DNA of 64,000 nt from Azolla caroliniana. Taxonomy: Eukaryota > Plantae > Polypodiophyta. The translations under genes were made by a program, and so were the position numbers. Below, one piece after another: positions 51,101 to 63,363 of the stretch. The notes under the pieces were generated by a model that did no database searches, had not been told where the DNA came from, and saw only the letters and a program-made list of their open reading frames with translations. The stretch spans positions 3,596,001 to 3,660,000 of the forward strand of contig JBHGNT010000012.1 of NCBI GenBank assembly GCA_043228905.1. The letters run 5' to 3'. The first letter of the stretch is position 1, and each line of letters begins with the position of its first letter.

Positions 51101-54100
51101 AAAACAAGTTAACATGGATCAGCCATAAAATACCACTTGGTACAAAGATGGCCCACTATAAGACGCACTTCTTACATACATCCGAGGATGGATTCGTCAT
51201 CATGCCAACCTTATATGGGCATACATCTATCCTATGCGCTACATACTGTGATAGGGCAACTACGAACTTCATCACATTAGTTACAGATTGAGGTAGGCAG
51301 ATATACACAACTACCTCTAGAAGAGAGAATTTGCCAATTGTGTCATCAAGGAGTGGAATCTGAGGAACACTATGTTTGTCATTGTAGTGTCTTTTATGAA
51401 ATCAAAGGGAGATACCATTGCCTCTTTTATCAAGGCTTTGGCCTACTACGCAAGGTAATGTAATATGAGGACCAACGATGCCTAGGACTTTTCTTGCTAG
51501 AGCTCAAGAGACACCGGGAAAAGTTAATGAAGAATACAACCACACAAGCTCATCCACAAAGAACAATCACAACTTTCTTTAGCCCCATCACTCCTACTAA
51601 TGCTACAAGTCAATCACAGGATACACAAATGGGCTCCAGACCAGGACATAACAAAGGGGTTACAATTGATCAGGCAATGGCAATTTGCCGTGCACGTAGG
51701 GCTCAGCCCCATGGACCACGACCTCAACACCCTTGTCATCGACAGATAAAAGCCATTATCTCCCGCCATCGTAGGTGCTTCCCTCGTTTAGGAGACATTT
51801 CCATTCTGAATAGACCTATGCTAGACATCTTTCGAAGACAAAAGCTACAATATTCCTAACTTGAGAATCTCAAATGTGCCAAAAACCAGATTCCCTAATT
51901 TCTTCTCTTTTCATCTTATTTACTTTTATATTTACATTGTAGTATTTATTTTATTTTGATTTGTTCTCAAAGACGAGACAACACTCAAGATGTAATGTCT
52001 TATTTGGTCTTATAGGCCATTATGGCCTCTTAAAAGACGTTAATATATCTTTCTTTTCTTTTCTTTCTTTCAACACGATCTACCAAGAACTCTACCAGGC
52101 CCCTCAATGCCCTTGCCTCCCAACTCTCTTCTACACTCTATACATCCTCCTATCAATAGTTTACCATATCACAACCCTTCAAGATGCTGCCTTCCCAAAA
52201 ACACACCGCATAATCATTAGTATGACAAGGAGATGTACCAACTTTGTACAGAGGTACGCCTTGGGAAAATGACAACAGCCTGCAAGAAAATGAGAACCCA
52301 AGTGATTTACACCACCTCTTCAAGACTTGGTCATTGCCTGGCCATCTTTCAGAAAACCACAACTCTCAATGCCAATTCAGGATCCACAATAACTTACCAC
52401 AACCATCAGGGTCTCACCCTATTCTTTTCATGCATGGTTGAAAAGGCCACCCAGTCCTACATGGATGATCATGCCACCCGATTGGACTACAACGTGAACA
52501 CACTTGACCCCATTCTGGGACAAGTGTTCATTAGTGCCTTCCCAACCATGGACCATGCACATAATTGTGCATCTTTAAGTCAAGAGATCCCTTCCAGCCA
52601 AGTAAATATCAGATTATCAAAATTGGCCACATATTTGCCAAACCTTATGGAGTGGTGCTTGAAGCAGAACTCAACACTCGTGCTGAGGTCAAAGAGATAC
52701 ATGACCCAAGCCAAGCAGGATTTAGGTGGGCCTTCTCTACCACTGGCTAGATCCATATATTATGTTGATGAACCAAGCAAAGTATTACAGATTAACATGT
52801 CAAGGTTTACAAATTAGCTATACAATTGGTTCGTAAGGTTATGCCTATAACACAAAGGCACAAGAAAAGAGACTATATGACTTCTTTTGGATTTCTGTAA
52901 GGCCTTTGATATTACACTGAGGGAAAATCTCCAACAGAGATTTATGCACTCAAAATTCCTTTTGACATGATGTAGGTGATATATTCATTAAATGAGAACA
53001 TGTTGGGACAAGTTAGCTGACCAAGTGGCTAGAAGACATCATCACAAGCACATTGGTGTGAAGCAAGAATCCCACCCTCTTCAGACTTACATCAATGAGG
53101 TAACCACATCAGACGTGGTACACCTGTCTACATTCTTTATGCTGATGACCTAAACTTGGTCTCTCTGAATTGCAGGTATGTCTACAACATAATCTCAATG
53201 CAGATGGTTATTATGGACCACAAGATCTACATTTGGCCACAAGATGCCAAGTTGAAGTGGTGGATTCCTATACTTAGCTAGGAGTCATATTTATAAGCAC
53301 CACTATCTGCTTCTCTGTAACCCAACTGCCAAAGATTGACTGACTCAAGGCTATACGGCTGTCATACTAAAATGACAATGCCATGAACCTCATACCAAAG
53401 TATGGTTATTTGATAATATGTGGTGAAAGCCTACACCCCACGCAAGATCTTAGCCGAATTGGCCACAACCCTTGTGCTGGTAGAAGTCTTATTCTAAAAA
53501 GTAAACTAAATCAACTGGATCTGAACCATGCTCAGAATGCACATTAGGCATTTGAAAAATTCAAGGAAATGGTTATGGAACAGGGAGAAGGAATGTAGTA
53601 CTCACAGGTTATTTAAGTGATTTAACAATAATGGTCTCAATAATAGAACTTGTCATCCTTCAGATATCCTATAGATCTCAAAAATGATGAAGAAAACAAA
53701 GTGTTGCAGCAAGATGTTAACTTTATATCCAAATGACTTGGATCACACCAAATGAGCCTCTTACCACATAGATGGCTCACTACAAAGCTCATTTCATGCA
53801 ATTCTCAAAGGATGAAATAATACAGAGACCACCAAATGAGCCTCTTACCACATTGATGGCTCACTACAAACTTCATTTCATGCAATTCTCAAAGGATGGA
53901 TTCATACAGAGACCAAGGTACACAGATGTCTAAATGCCCCATACTGCTCCCAAAGCAATAGGTCAAGCCATAGTTTCCTTCAACCAGCTATTGATTGGAA
54001 CAGGATAAACACTTCACATACCTGGGGCTAAGAGACCTTGCAAGTTATACAAAGGCAATCACATATCATCGACTTCTTCCATAGACCTGTACCTCCACTA

Positions 54101-57100
54101 ACAACATGTGAAGCAGTCACAAGGGAGCATGAAGAGGAGTGAGGGTAGGTCACTAAAGTTACAAATCATAAGTGAAGGGTATGTTGACTAATGTGATTGG
54201 AGAGAGGGAATGATAGGTGCAAGCACTATCATGATCTTGACAACCAGTGGATGGAGTCTTTTAAAACCAGTGGTCAGGAGGATCAGGTTCCTCTATCCAA
54301 ACTATTCACCTTTTTTTTCACTTTCATTTGTTCCATTGATTAGTAAGAGATTCTTAACAGGGAACCACAAGTACCTGGCTACATAGCACACGTGCCATAC
54401 CAGCAACAGATCATGGACATCATTGCTTGCCATGCCTGATCTACCTAAGAACATCTAGATGCAATCAGTGAACTTCGTCATAGTGTCACTCAACCGCACC
54501 AACCAACATCGGATAAATCATACCATGTCTCTTCACCATCACTGATATCATACATAGTAGTTATGCAGTTCATACTCGTAAAAAATTCCCAAGAATTATT
54601 ATCAATTGTAAAGACACCTCATGCAGGAAGATCATTATCAAGAATCATTACTAATGTTAAGCCACTTCATGCACTAAGATTATTATCATGGATCTTTAGG
54701 TGTCAATAAGAATAGCTTGAGTTCACCCATATCGTAATCATGATTTGTCTAGTAAGTTGATTTCAGTTATAATCATGACTATAGTAGATTGTGATATATC
54801 TTTCTTTTGATACAAACTACATGAAAAGTTTCACTTTGTTCCCATTGGTCATATTTGACCTCCGAGGACAGTAATAAATTTTATTCGATAATTTGCACAA
54901 GGATTGCCACTTTGGAGCATGATACTTCAACCAAGTAACTCTTTTGTTCACTACACATATATGTCACTGTACCAGGATATCATTAATTACTCAGAGATGG
55001 GAAATGTAGTATTGCTGGGGTCCTCCAAATGCAAGAACTACAAACCAATAAGTAACCTTTCTTGACAAGGAAGAGCCCATGTTTAAGGAGCTTGCATGAA
55101 ATTCCCAGGACATCACAATGTATGGCTTATGGGATTATTTTTTTATCATTGGGAGGGGCGTGTGGACTGCCCATTTTGTAATGACGAGCTAGTACAGTGG
55201 ATTACGTTCTGGGTCCATTCTCACTTATACCCAACATTGTAGATTTCTTTGTCACTACCTAACATGTTCAGGTAGACACCAACCATGCATTGATGTTCAC
55301 CATTAGATGGTGTTGCCCAGAACTTTGCACCTCTCCTTCAACCTCCCACTCATTTATCACTTCGTCCCATAGATTGATATATTCACATTCATGTGGCCTC
55401 CCCCATGAATGAATGCATATGAATACGAATGCATGAAAAAGTATTCATTAAAAAAAATAAAAATAAAGAAGAGTTCATAAACTCCCTCCTTTTTAGTTTC
55501 TTAGATATAAAAAAGGGGACTTGACACTAATCATATTTTTACAATAGATGTAAAAGTATTCGTTTTTTTTTTAATAAATAAATAAATAAATATTAATAAA
55601 GGTTCATTAACTCCCCCCTTTTTACTCTCCTAAAATTTGTGGATATTTTTATCTGACATTAAAAAAGGTAATGATTCACCAACCCGCTAGTTCGTATTAT
55701 GACAGACAAGCAGGGGAGTGTGTTATGGAAGCAGAAAAAGTATTGAACTCCGTGATTGTATAACCAGGAGACTTGACACTAATCATATTTTTATAATCTA
55801 TTAATGAGTGATTGTTCCTTTTTTAGTGAGTTAATTAATTTTTATCATGTAAATTTATTTTGCAAAACGAATGGTTTTATAATATTCTTGGGGCCATTTC
55901 TTATTCTCCAATATTGTGAATATCACGCATGGAGAATATTGCGAATATATGTGTCAAACTATGCTTCTCTCATACTCATCTAGTGTCAGACGTCTTGGCC
56001 AGACATTAGATCCCCATGTTTCGTTGGGTGCTTGTACTGCCCCAGATGCCATGCCACTCCACCTTGCAAGGAGTGATATATTTCCCCACAGAGATATACA
56101 AGCTTGAGCACCACCCTGAAGAGCATACACCTAAAATAGTTGTTATGATAGTTCCTATACAAATCCAGAAGCAACTCACACAAGAGATTGCTCACAGTAA
56201 TTTGCACCCTCAGAGAGACACACATAACATTTCAGTGCCTTGTACCAAGGAAGAAAAGAACATTTATTAGCCAGATATGAGAATCATCAATTATCCTTGG
56301 GATGACATTGCAATTAGTCTTGGAAGATGTTTCAAGATTCTTATCCCTACACTCCCATTGAATCAACCATAAGGACAGGACTTTTCAAACAAACAAACCC
56401 GTTTCCTTTGGGAGAGTCACTGCCAATCGTAGAAACTTTTATAGATAGGGATTTCCATAAAAGTAAATTTTGAATATATTGGAGTCTCCTAGGACTAAGC
56501 CTATTGGTTTTAATCTTTCGAATCAATTGAAACCGATTGACAAAGTTCCACGCTCGTTCCAGCACCAAATTCATGTATGGTTGTGCATTAGAGGAAGGAA
56601 AGATTTCATTGCCATCGACTGTAACCCCAAACAAAAAAAAATCCGTAAACAACATAGAGGAAGATTGAAATGAATTACCAATCGCGGTAATAAAATAGAT
56701 TTTGGAAAGTTTGCTCTCCAAGCTCAGGAAAAAATTATAACCAGAGTGGCTACCAGTAGAAATGTATAAACCAGTGCTTCCATGGTTTTGTAACTTGACC
56801 TTCACTGAATTATGGGATCCTTGAATAATTAGGACATACCTGCATCAAGTCACTGTATAAGATGCTATTATAGCAGTCTTTGGTACTTGCAAAGCTTAAT
56901 TTTCTTCTCACTCTTCGTTGCATTTCCTTGTGATCATCTTTGGTAATTGCAAAGCTTTAACTTTTTCCTCACTTTTCATTGCCTTTCCTTAATGTTTCTT
57001 CTAATACATGAATTCTTGGAAGAATTTCTTGTCTTCAGCTAACAGAAGAAGAATCTCCATATGCATGACATGGACAGAACATGTTTCCTTATCTTTCGCT

Positions 57101-60100
57101 CAAAATGAAGTTCAAAAGCAAGGGTCAAAGATCTATGCTCCAAGCATAGTTACATATACACCATGGGCACACACACCTGCGATTATGTTTTCAGACATAT
57201 GTATGTAACAAACAATTGCCCATGCCACATACAAATATATATGCCTTTATGCAGCATTAAATAGCATTTTATGTTTAGAGATTCTCCTCATGGAAATTGC
57301 TAACAGAAACATCAGCTGACAGTCTCAAGTGATTGCTCATCCTCCAAATATTTTGCAACAATTATTAATTACAATCGTTGACCAGAGAAGGAAAAGACTT
57401 TACCTGGTGAACAGTATCATAGTAGAGATCTTTGAAGTTTAATGCATGAGTAATACTATCAGCAAGATTTGCAGAGTAACCGATCTTTGCCTCTGCATAT
57501 TCTTTGTATGGAAAGGCATATAAATGCCCAACTGCTGCCAATGCCATTTCAATGCAAATAATGAAATTTTGGACATCTGCAGCATCATCGGAATCTCCTA
57601 TAAGGCCTGATTTTGCAGCCAGAAAGACAAGCACTCCCTAAAAGAGATTAATGAAGTTTTAGATAAAGATAATGGAGCATGTACCTCATAGATAGTCTTG
57701 AATAGAAACTTACCTGCCAGTATGTAAGAAAGACCACTGATTTTATAATGATGAACTTCGGAACTGGTTTGAAAGGCCGAAGGAGATCTTTGCAAGCAAC
57801 ATAGAACAGCACCAAAGAAAATAAAGCTAGGGAATAGGAAATAGTGTATATGATTGTGATATATAGGTATGCCTGTTTTGCACTGAAATTTCCATCTTCA
57901 TATTTGTTCTTGGAATATAAAATGAAGGTGGCTGCCACCAACAATGGTTTCAATATAACAAACTGAAGACCCCCTTGCTTGCAGCGCCTTATGAATAAAC
58001 TGAAATTCAAACTCAGATCAGTATTTGACTAACTAATTAATCTTTCAAATAGATGCATCCATACAATGCCATGATGATTATTTAATCTCCTCATAGAGAA
58101 ACATCCATACAAAGCAGAACAATTGCTAAATCTCCTCTAGAGAAAGAAAAGGTAAAAGGTATACAATGCCATAATGATTAAGTGGCCTCTTCTAAATAAA
58201 CGTTAAAGATATATACCCATCTAGAGGAATAGCAGGTAGACAGCATGTCATCAAATGCCATGATGGTTTGAGAACTCGTCCATTCAAACTTGTCATCACA
58301 GCTCCAGGTCCCCCAACCCAGGCAAGGCACAAGGATAAAAAGTTATATATTACCCATGCTTCATATCTACACAAACGCCATTAGGACATTCCATCTCAAA
58401 ACAAGTGAAAATCCCTAAAAATGAATGAATTTAAATGCTCTCTATAAGCATTGCTTACATGTCACGTACAGAACTGAAATAAATAGATTTATCCCTCATC
58501 ATCAATGACAGAAAGGACATTGTTGCATAAACCTGTAAAAAGTAATGTTAAATTATACGATTAACTTATGTGATAAAAGAGAATATCAGAAAATCTGTGT
58601 GCAATTCGTAAGATTTTCGTTATGTTCATGTCACTTAAGACTTCACTCATACCATGCGCCTGGTTATTCAACTTTTTTCCAATATCATAAATGAAGATGA
58701 TATTGATGAACATATATAGAATTTTGAATTGGAATTGTTGTAATTAACCTCTCATTGATGAATTAAAACATAAGTTATGTCTAATATACAGCAAAATATC
58801 ATCTTTTACTTTCAATGCCATCATTTCCAAATGATTCCAAGATTTTCCATTTCCAGTTTGGAAGTTTTTCATGCAGCATGATAAAAAAACTAAGCTGAGA
58901 GATATCACAGTAGCCGTGAAGAATAGCATTTTAAAAATTTAATATTTATACATCTGGATATTCACTCTTGATAACGGTTCTAGTTGAGAGATCTTGCTGC
59001 CATGAAGAATGATAGCAGAAGTGTATTCGGTCAATTTTTATCCAGATTGCAAGACATGGTCATCAAACTTTGGAGATAATATTACCATATGGTAGGCTTG
59101 GCCACATCTTGGACTGCTACAGGTTTTTCGAGAGACTTCATACCCGGTGCCTAATTGCCCCTAACAATATTCACCCCAAAATACGGCTTATGCTGCATTC
59201 ATAAATTATATTTGTAGAAGTGATTTTTGGCTTGAGAAGTATCGCCCTACTCTCAATGAGTAAAACTCTCCGTATCCATTACTCTTTTACAATCGATTAT
59301 TTGATAGATCTGGAATGTGATGAGATACACTCTAATCATCTCATAGGACCGCCCCAGTGAGAACCAGCAGACCTTCAATCTTTTTACTTGCAGCAGGCTA
59401 CTAGCATGTTTTATACACTATGTGATCTCAAAACCTTTTCAGATAGATTTTACTACATTACAAACAACTGTGCAACTAAAAATTTCTTAAAAAATGTCTA
59501 TTTTCTACTTTCTCTTTTTCTCCAGAGTCCTTAAAGTAGTCCTCTATCTTGTAGACATTGTGTTACTTGCATCAGCATCACAGCAAGATTTATACAGTGT
59601 GTGATCCCTCTTGAAAACGTGCTGAAAACCGTTTCAGATGGTATGAGTACATCATATACATCTACACACCTCAAACTGCTACAGATGGTATAAGTACATC
59701 ATAAGCTCTTCTAACTCTCCGTACAAGTGTGATCCCAATTCAGCACATTGAACAACACCATGAACTTCAATTCTAAAATGCTACAATTTCTTAGAGATCT
59801 CTTAAAAAACAAGGTTCTACCTTTACTTTTCCTTGTGAAATCCTAACATTCCTAGCAGGATTGGCTAGTTTAGCAAATCCCAAGTATTGGACACAGAAAG
59901 TTGCTTGCACTGTAAAATCCCTATCCAAACACAGTTAGTATATTTCTATATTACAAGCTTCTACGCAGCTCAAACTGCAACAATTTCTAAGAGATCACCT
60001 GGAAAAAATCCATTTGTGCAAATCCTAAAAATTGTCTTTTTAGCAGACAAACAATGAGGAAAAGATGGTACTGCTAAACCTTTAAGCTCCTGCGGACATC

Positions 60101-60563
60101 AAACTGCAACAAATGTCTCATCGATTTCTTCAAAAATAAACCTACTCTCTACCTTTCGTTTCCTGTTAAAAGTCCTGATCAAATTCTCTATTTTTTCCAC
60201 AGAAAACCAACCAAGAAGGAATAATTATTGAGTTTTGCAAATGAAATTGAACAACCTTACTTAGGCGAAAACATTCTTCATAAAAGTCTTTTAATTTTGT
60301 GCCGAACAAACGAAACAACAAGCAGAAACAAAATCGAGAAGATCTTCGAAATTGAAGGAAAGAAAAAATACGGTATGACACTGACTTACAGGAACCATGA
60401 AGATGATGCGAACTGTGTAACGTTGGTATGTAGGCTCGGTATAATTCTTGAGATGCATATAGATATGCCATATGGCTAGAGTGACAGCGCCACAGGTGCA
60501 TACTGCAGCTAATCCAACAGCGAAATAAGAAGCCATATCTTGATTCATGGTCTCTGGATTCAT
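39143..60563 (-). CDS. LAZ1-homolog / TMEM184 (DUF300, organic solute transporter-alpha family) membrane protein, 6 exons, with a 17.9-kb last intron
   Basis: Minus-strand exons 60563-60390, 58532-58459, 58366-58217, 57999-57714, 57637-57404, 39462-39143 join in frame. Motifs: [70 protein letters not shown] and DTVHQ|[11 protein letters not shown] across the giant intron. Confidence 0.92.
39784..40474 (+). mobile_element. 5'-truncated, rearranged LINE 3' fragment flanked by a ~190-bp direct repeat
   Basis: ORF 39878-40240 is homologous to 41630-41995, and an intact 3' hairpin lies at 40430-40460. Flanking repeat is 39596-39783 versus 40475-40525 plus 41163-41299. Confidence 0.85.
40526..41154 (+). 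mobile_element. hAT-type AT-rich MITE
   Basis: TIR CATAGATTGAC...GTCAATCTATG with a perfect 8-bp TSD TCTATACC (40518-40525 and 41155-41162). Confidence 0.9.
41302..42186 (+). mobile_element. LINE 3' fragment (~885 bp) forming the first direct repeat of the tandem array
   Basis: Essentially identical to 46234-47118 and nearly identical to 51166-52070. Confidence 0.9.
42464..43814 (+). pseudogene. LINE ORF1 (coiled coil plus RRM/CTD-like C-terminus), broken by a stop codon and a 280-bp internal duplication
   Basis: ATG at 42464 ([10 protein letters not shown]...), in-frame TAA near 42620, and 42529-42808 duplicated in tandem. The remainder is ORF 42960-43814 with a heptad-rich region and [11 protein letters not shown]...WAVYRDGKV. 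Confidence 0.8.
43828..46927 (+). pseudogene. LINE ORF2 (AP endonuclease, reverse transcriptase, C-terminal Cys/His region), disrupted
   Basis: ORF pieces 44054-44989, 45261-45716, 45741-46040, 46165-46359, 46562-46927. Stops at about 44987 and 45714. RT homology breaks right after [14 protein letters not shown], indicating a deletion. Confidence 0.9.
47119..52070 (+). mobile_element. Tandem unit 2 of the same defective LINE (offset +4932 bp)
   Basis: All ORF calls repeat with an offset of 4932 and identical translations. Only the terminal region differs, and it retains the 3' hairpin AGGCCATTATGGCCT near 52014. Confidence 0.95.
52071..54100 (+). mobile_element. Older, heavily decayed related LINE ORF2 relic
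   Basis: Scattered RT motifs: [10 protein letters not shown] (~52714), LDFCKAFD (~52887), GVKQ (~53055) and LYADD (~53135). An ~84-bp tandem duplication at 53746-53913 resembles the 'AHYKTHF' region. Confidence 0.75.
55368..55963 (-). mobile_element. Second copy of the CATAGATTGA-TIR hAT MITE, inverted relative to 40526-41154
   Basis: Ends CATAGATTGATATATTCACA...GTGTCAAACTATG. The reverse complement of its right end matches the first ~110 bp of 40526-41154. The TSD is degenerate (CTTCGTCC / CTTCTCTC). Confidence 0.8.
56728..56783 (-). pseudogene. psbT: Plastid psbT 5' fragment (nuclear plastid DNA insertion)
   Basis: The minus strand from ATG 56783 reads [18 protein letters not shown], matching the PsbT N-terminus ([19 protein letters not shown]). 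It is then truncated. Confidence 0.75.
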
Positions 60564-61004
60564 CCTGTCTCAGATCGCGGAGGGCATATCTGGATTTAAG
60601 AGAGCTTCCAACAAGATGGAGCGCCGGAGCTTCGTGAGGGGATCAGAGAGAGCGAAGCGGGGGCTCTGAGGGAGGGATCCTGGAAGAAATCGGCAGAAAC
60701 GGAGCCGATCGACGCGGGAAACGGGGAGCGAAACGGAGGGGGAAGAAAAAACACAGGTTCACAGAAACAAAACAAAAAAGAAGCATTTTACTGTTGTATT
60801 TTATTTATGTATTTATATTTTCAAATATGTTTTTCCTGTATTTTCTATTTTATTTATTAATTTTAAAATATTTATTGTTTATTTTTTATTATTATCTACT
60901 TTATTTATTCATTTATTTAATCATTTAATTTATTTATTCCAAGCTACCCCTCCCTCCTCATGCTCATCACTCCCCCTAGTTCAAATTCGCATCTCCGTTT
61001 GCCC

Positions 61005-61435
61005 TACATTTGTCCAGGTTAAAATTTGTCCCGCCATTTGCTCATGAAATCACCCGAGCTCGAATTCATCTTGCTCAAGATTTGTCCGGGCTCAAAATCT
61101 TGTCATCGCTTGCTCAATACTCGTCTGGGCTCGAAACCTTGTCGTTGTTTTGTTCAAGAAATCGCCCTGGCTTGAATTCATCTTGCGCAAGAATTGTCCA
61201 GGCTCAAAATCTTGTCATTGCTTGCTCACTAATCATATGGGCTCAAAACCTTGTCGTTGCTTTGTTCAAGAAATCGTCTGGGCCCGAATTTGTCCCACTC
61301 AAGAATTGTCTGAGCTCAAAAATCTTGTCTTCGCTTACTTGAGAATCGTTCGGGTTCGATACCTTGTCGTTGTTTGCTCAGGAAACCGTCCAGGCGCAAC
61401 TTTTCGTCTCATCATTATTTGCTCAAGAATTTGAA
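61005..61435. repeat. Degenerate tandem repeat (~40-bp core TTGCTCAAGAATTGTCCGGGCTCAAAATCTTGTCGTCG) upstream of the LAZ1-like gene
   Basis: About 9-10 diverged copies are visible. Confidence 0.8.
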
Positions 61436-63312
61436 GGCATATCTTGGAGACAATAAAAAACAAAGTGCAGACATCACAACATGATACAAGTTTGCCTTTC
61501 TCTTATAGAAGGCATTGTATGATACTATATCTTCTCCCCAATCGAGTAATGCTAAAACCTCACTAGTTAGCTCATGCAACCACAAATGGTATCCAAGAGT
61601 TTGACTTTACAATTGTATTGTTATCCCCTTCAAGGCAATATCCAGATGTCAAACTTGGGATACCATTTTCTTATGCATGAACCATTGGGATGATTCGATG
61701 GGCAATCATTGAGACAACTTGTATCAGTATGGTCATTTGGTTGCACTACTAACCCTTGACCAAAAGCTCACGTACGCTTTTTCCCACGTTGGTTTAAAGA
61801 AGAGGTTTGTCATACATGACTAAAACCAAGGAAAACGATGAATGGCTTTGTTGTTTTAAGAACATGGTCAAAGTTAGAAGGTTATGAATCTCTTATCTCT
61901 TCTTGTGGTTTCAAAAGGTAAAAACGAATAGTGCAAGATTAACGTCAACAAAATTCTCAATGATTTCAAGGGTTACATCTAATTACAAAACAATGGTGGT
62001 GTAAACGTCAAGTTGTGTTGTACTATATTTATCTTTCAACATATTAGGCTTATAGATCAATGTTATTTAAAATTTGTTATTATTGATATTACTTTGAATA
62101 CTGGGCTTGTGAAAAAATTATTGAGGTCACATTTTTAGGAAAAAATGATTTGTTTTCCATAGGCCAAATTATATGAATGATTTGTTTGCATACCAATTAT
62201 TTGAGTTCAATCATGGACAAAATGTGATGATTTATCAATGCAAAAAATATTAAACCAATTGATTTAGATTCGAACACAATGTAAAGCTAACAATATGTAT
62301 AATTATAAGCAGCACTCTCACATTGCCTTTACTAAACAAACCGCCATGTATTAGTTTATTTGTCCAAGAGTACCACCCATTGGAAATATAGAATAGAGCT
62401 GGTGTGAAGTAAATTTCTTAAAAATAATACATGTCCTTTTAACCTAAAGAAGAATCAATAATTCACACAAATTGTAAATACATTCCATCTATTATAGTGA
62501 GCAGCCCAATGCTTTCATCCAATATTTAAAAATAACCAATCCAAATAAATTGTTTTTTTTTGCATTGTACTTTTTGGGTATAATCCAATCATTTAAATCA
62601 TCCCATCAAATTGTTATTGCCAAATACAAATAGTGGTCTATGTTTGCTCATATCATTTTGTCGTTTGGATCAAATTTATCCAAATAGTCCTTTACATATT
62701 ATATCTACCATTTGACAACAATTGGAATGGTAGACATTGCATTGCACACTTAGAAAAAAACAATCAATGCAAACAACATTTTTGGCATGCTCTTTTATTC
62801 CATTCACACATTTATTACCACCTTTGTTGTGTATTTGTTAAAATGGATATATCGAAGAATTAGCCCACTTATGAGATTGCGTAGTTTTACCAAGAAGGCC
62901 TCTGCTATTTGGTGGAACATCGTAATCATGTTTCTTTCGTGTGTCATGCTTAAAAGAACGAGTCATATATTCACAATGACTATGTTCTCGATATATCTTT
63001 GCCACACAAATACAAGTCATTGAAAACAATTAAAAAAACAATGTATAGCTCATTTGGTCATGCATATACATATGACAGTTGTAAGTACCTATGAGCTGTA
63101 CACACACAAGTGGCCCTTCACATTGTGGAATTTTTAATAAATGATGTGCATAAGTTTTCTTATTATTTAGCCATATTATCACCTCATATATTGAAATAAG
63201 CCTTTGCCTTTTTGGTTGGTAGCCTTAAACATCCGACACTCAAATGTTATTGTTAAACGTACATAACAATATCGTTTTAGCTCGTCCTTGTAATGTGGGT
63301 CAACTTCCTTTA

Positions 63313-63315
<3 letters not shown>

Positions 63316-63360
<45 letters not shown>
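63316..63360. repeat. (CT)n microsatellite
   Basis: Visible run. Confidence 0.95.

Positions 63361-63363
<3 letters not shown>

Noticed and set aside
41302-52070. True LTR retrotransposon with three LTRs
   Set aside because: No TG...CA termini, PBS, PPT, protease or integrase were seen. The repeats are the LINE's coding 3' end and the enzyme is APE-RT.
56347-56805. 152-aa minus-strand ORF as a novel gene
   Set aside because: It has a non-ATG start and overlaps psbT in another frame. Inserted organellar DNA explains it better.
62400-63050. hAT transposase relic (HCIAH CxxH-like motif in ORF 62633-62863)
   Set aside because: It is a single short motif with no supporting DDE context in frame. 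A profile search would be needed.
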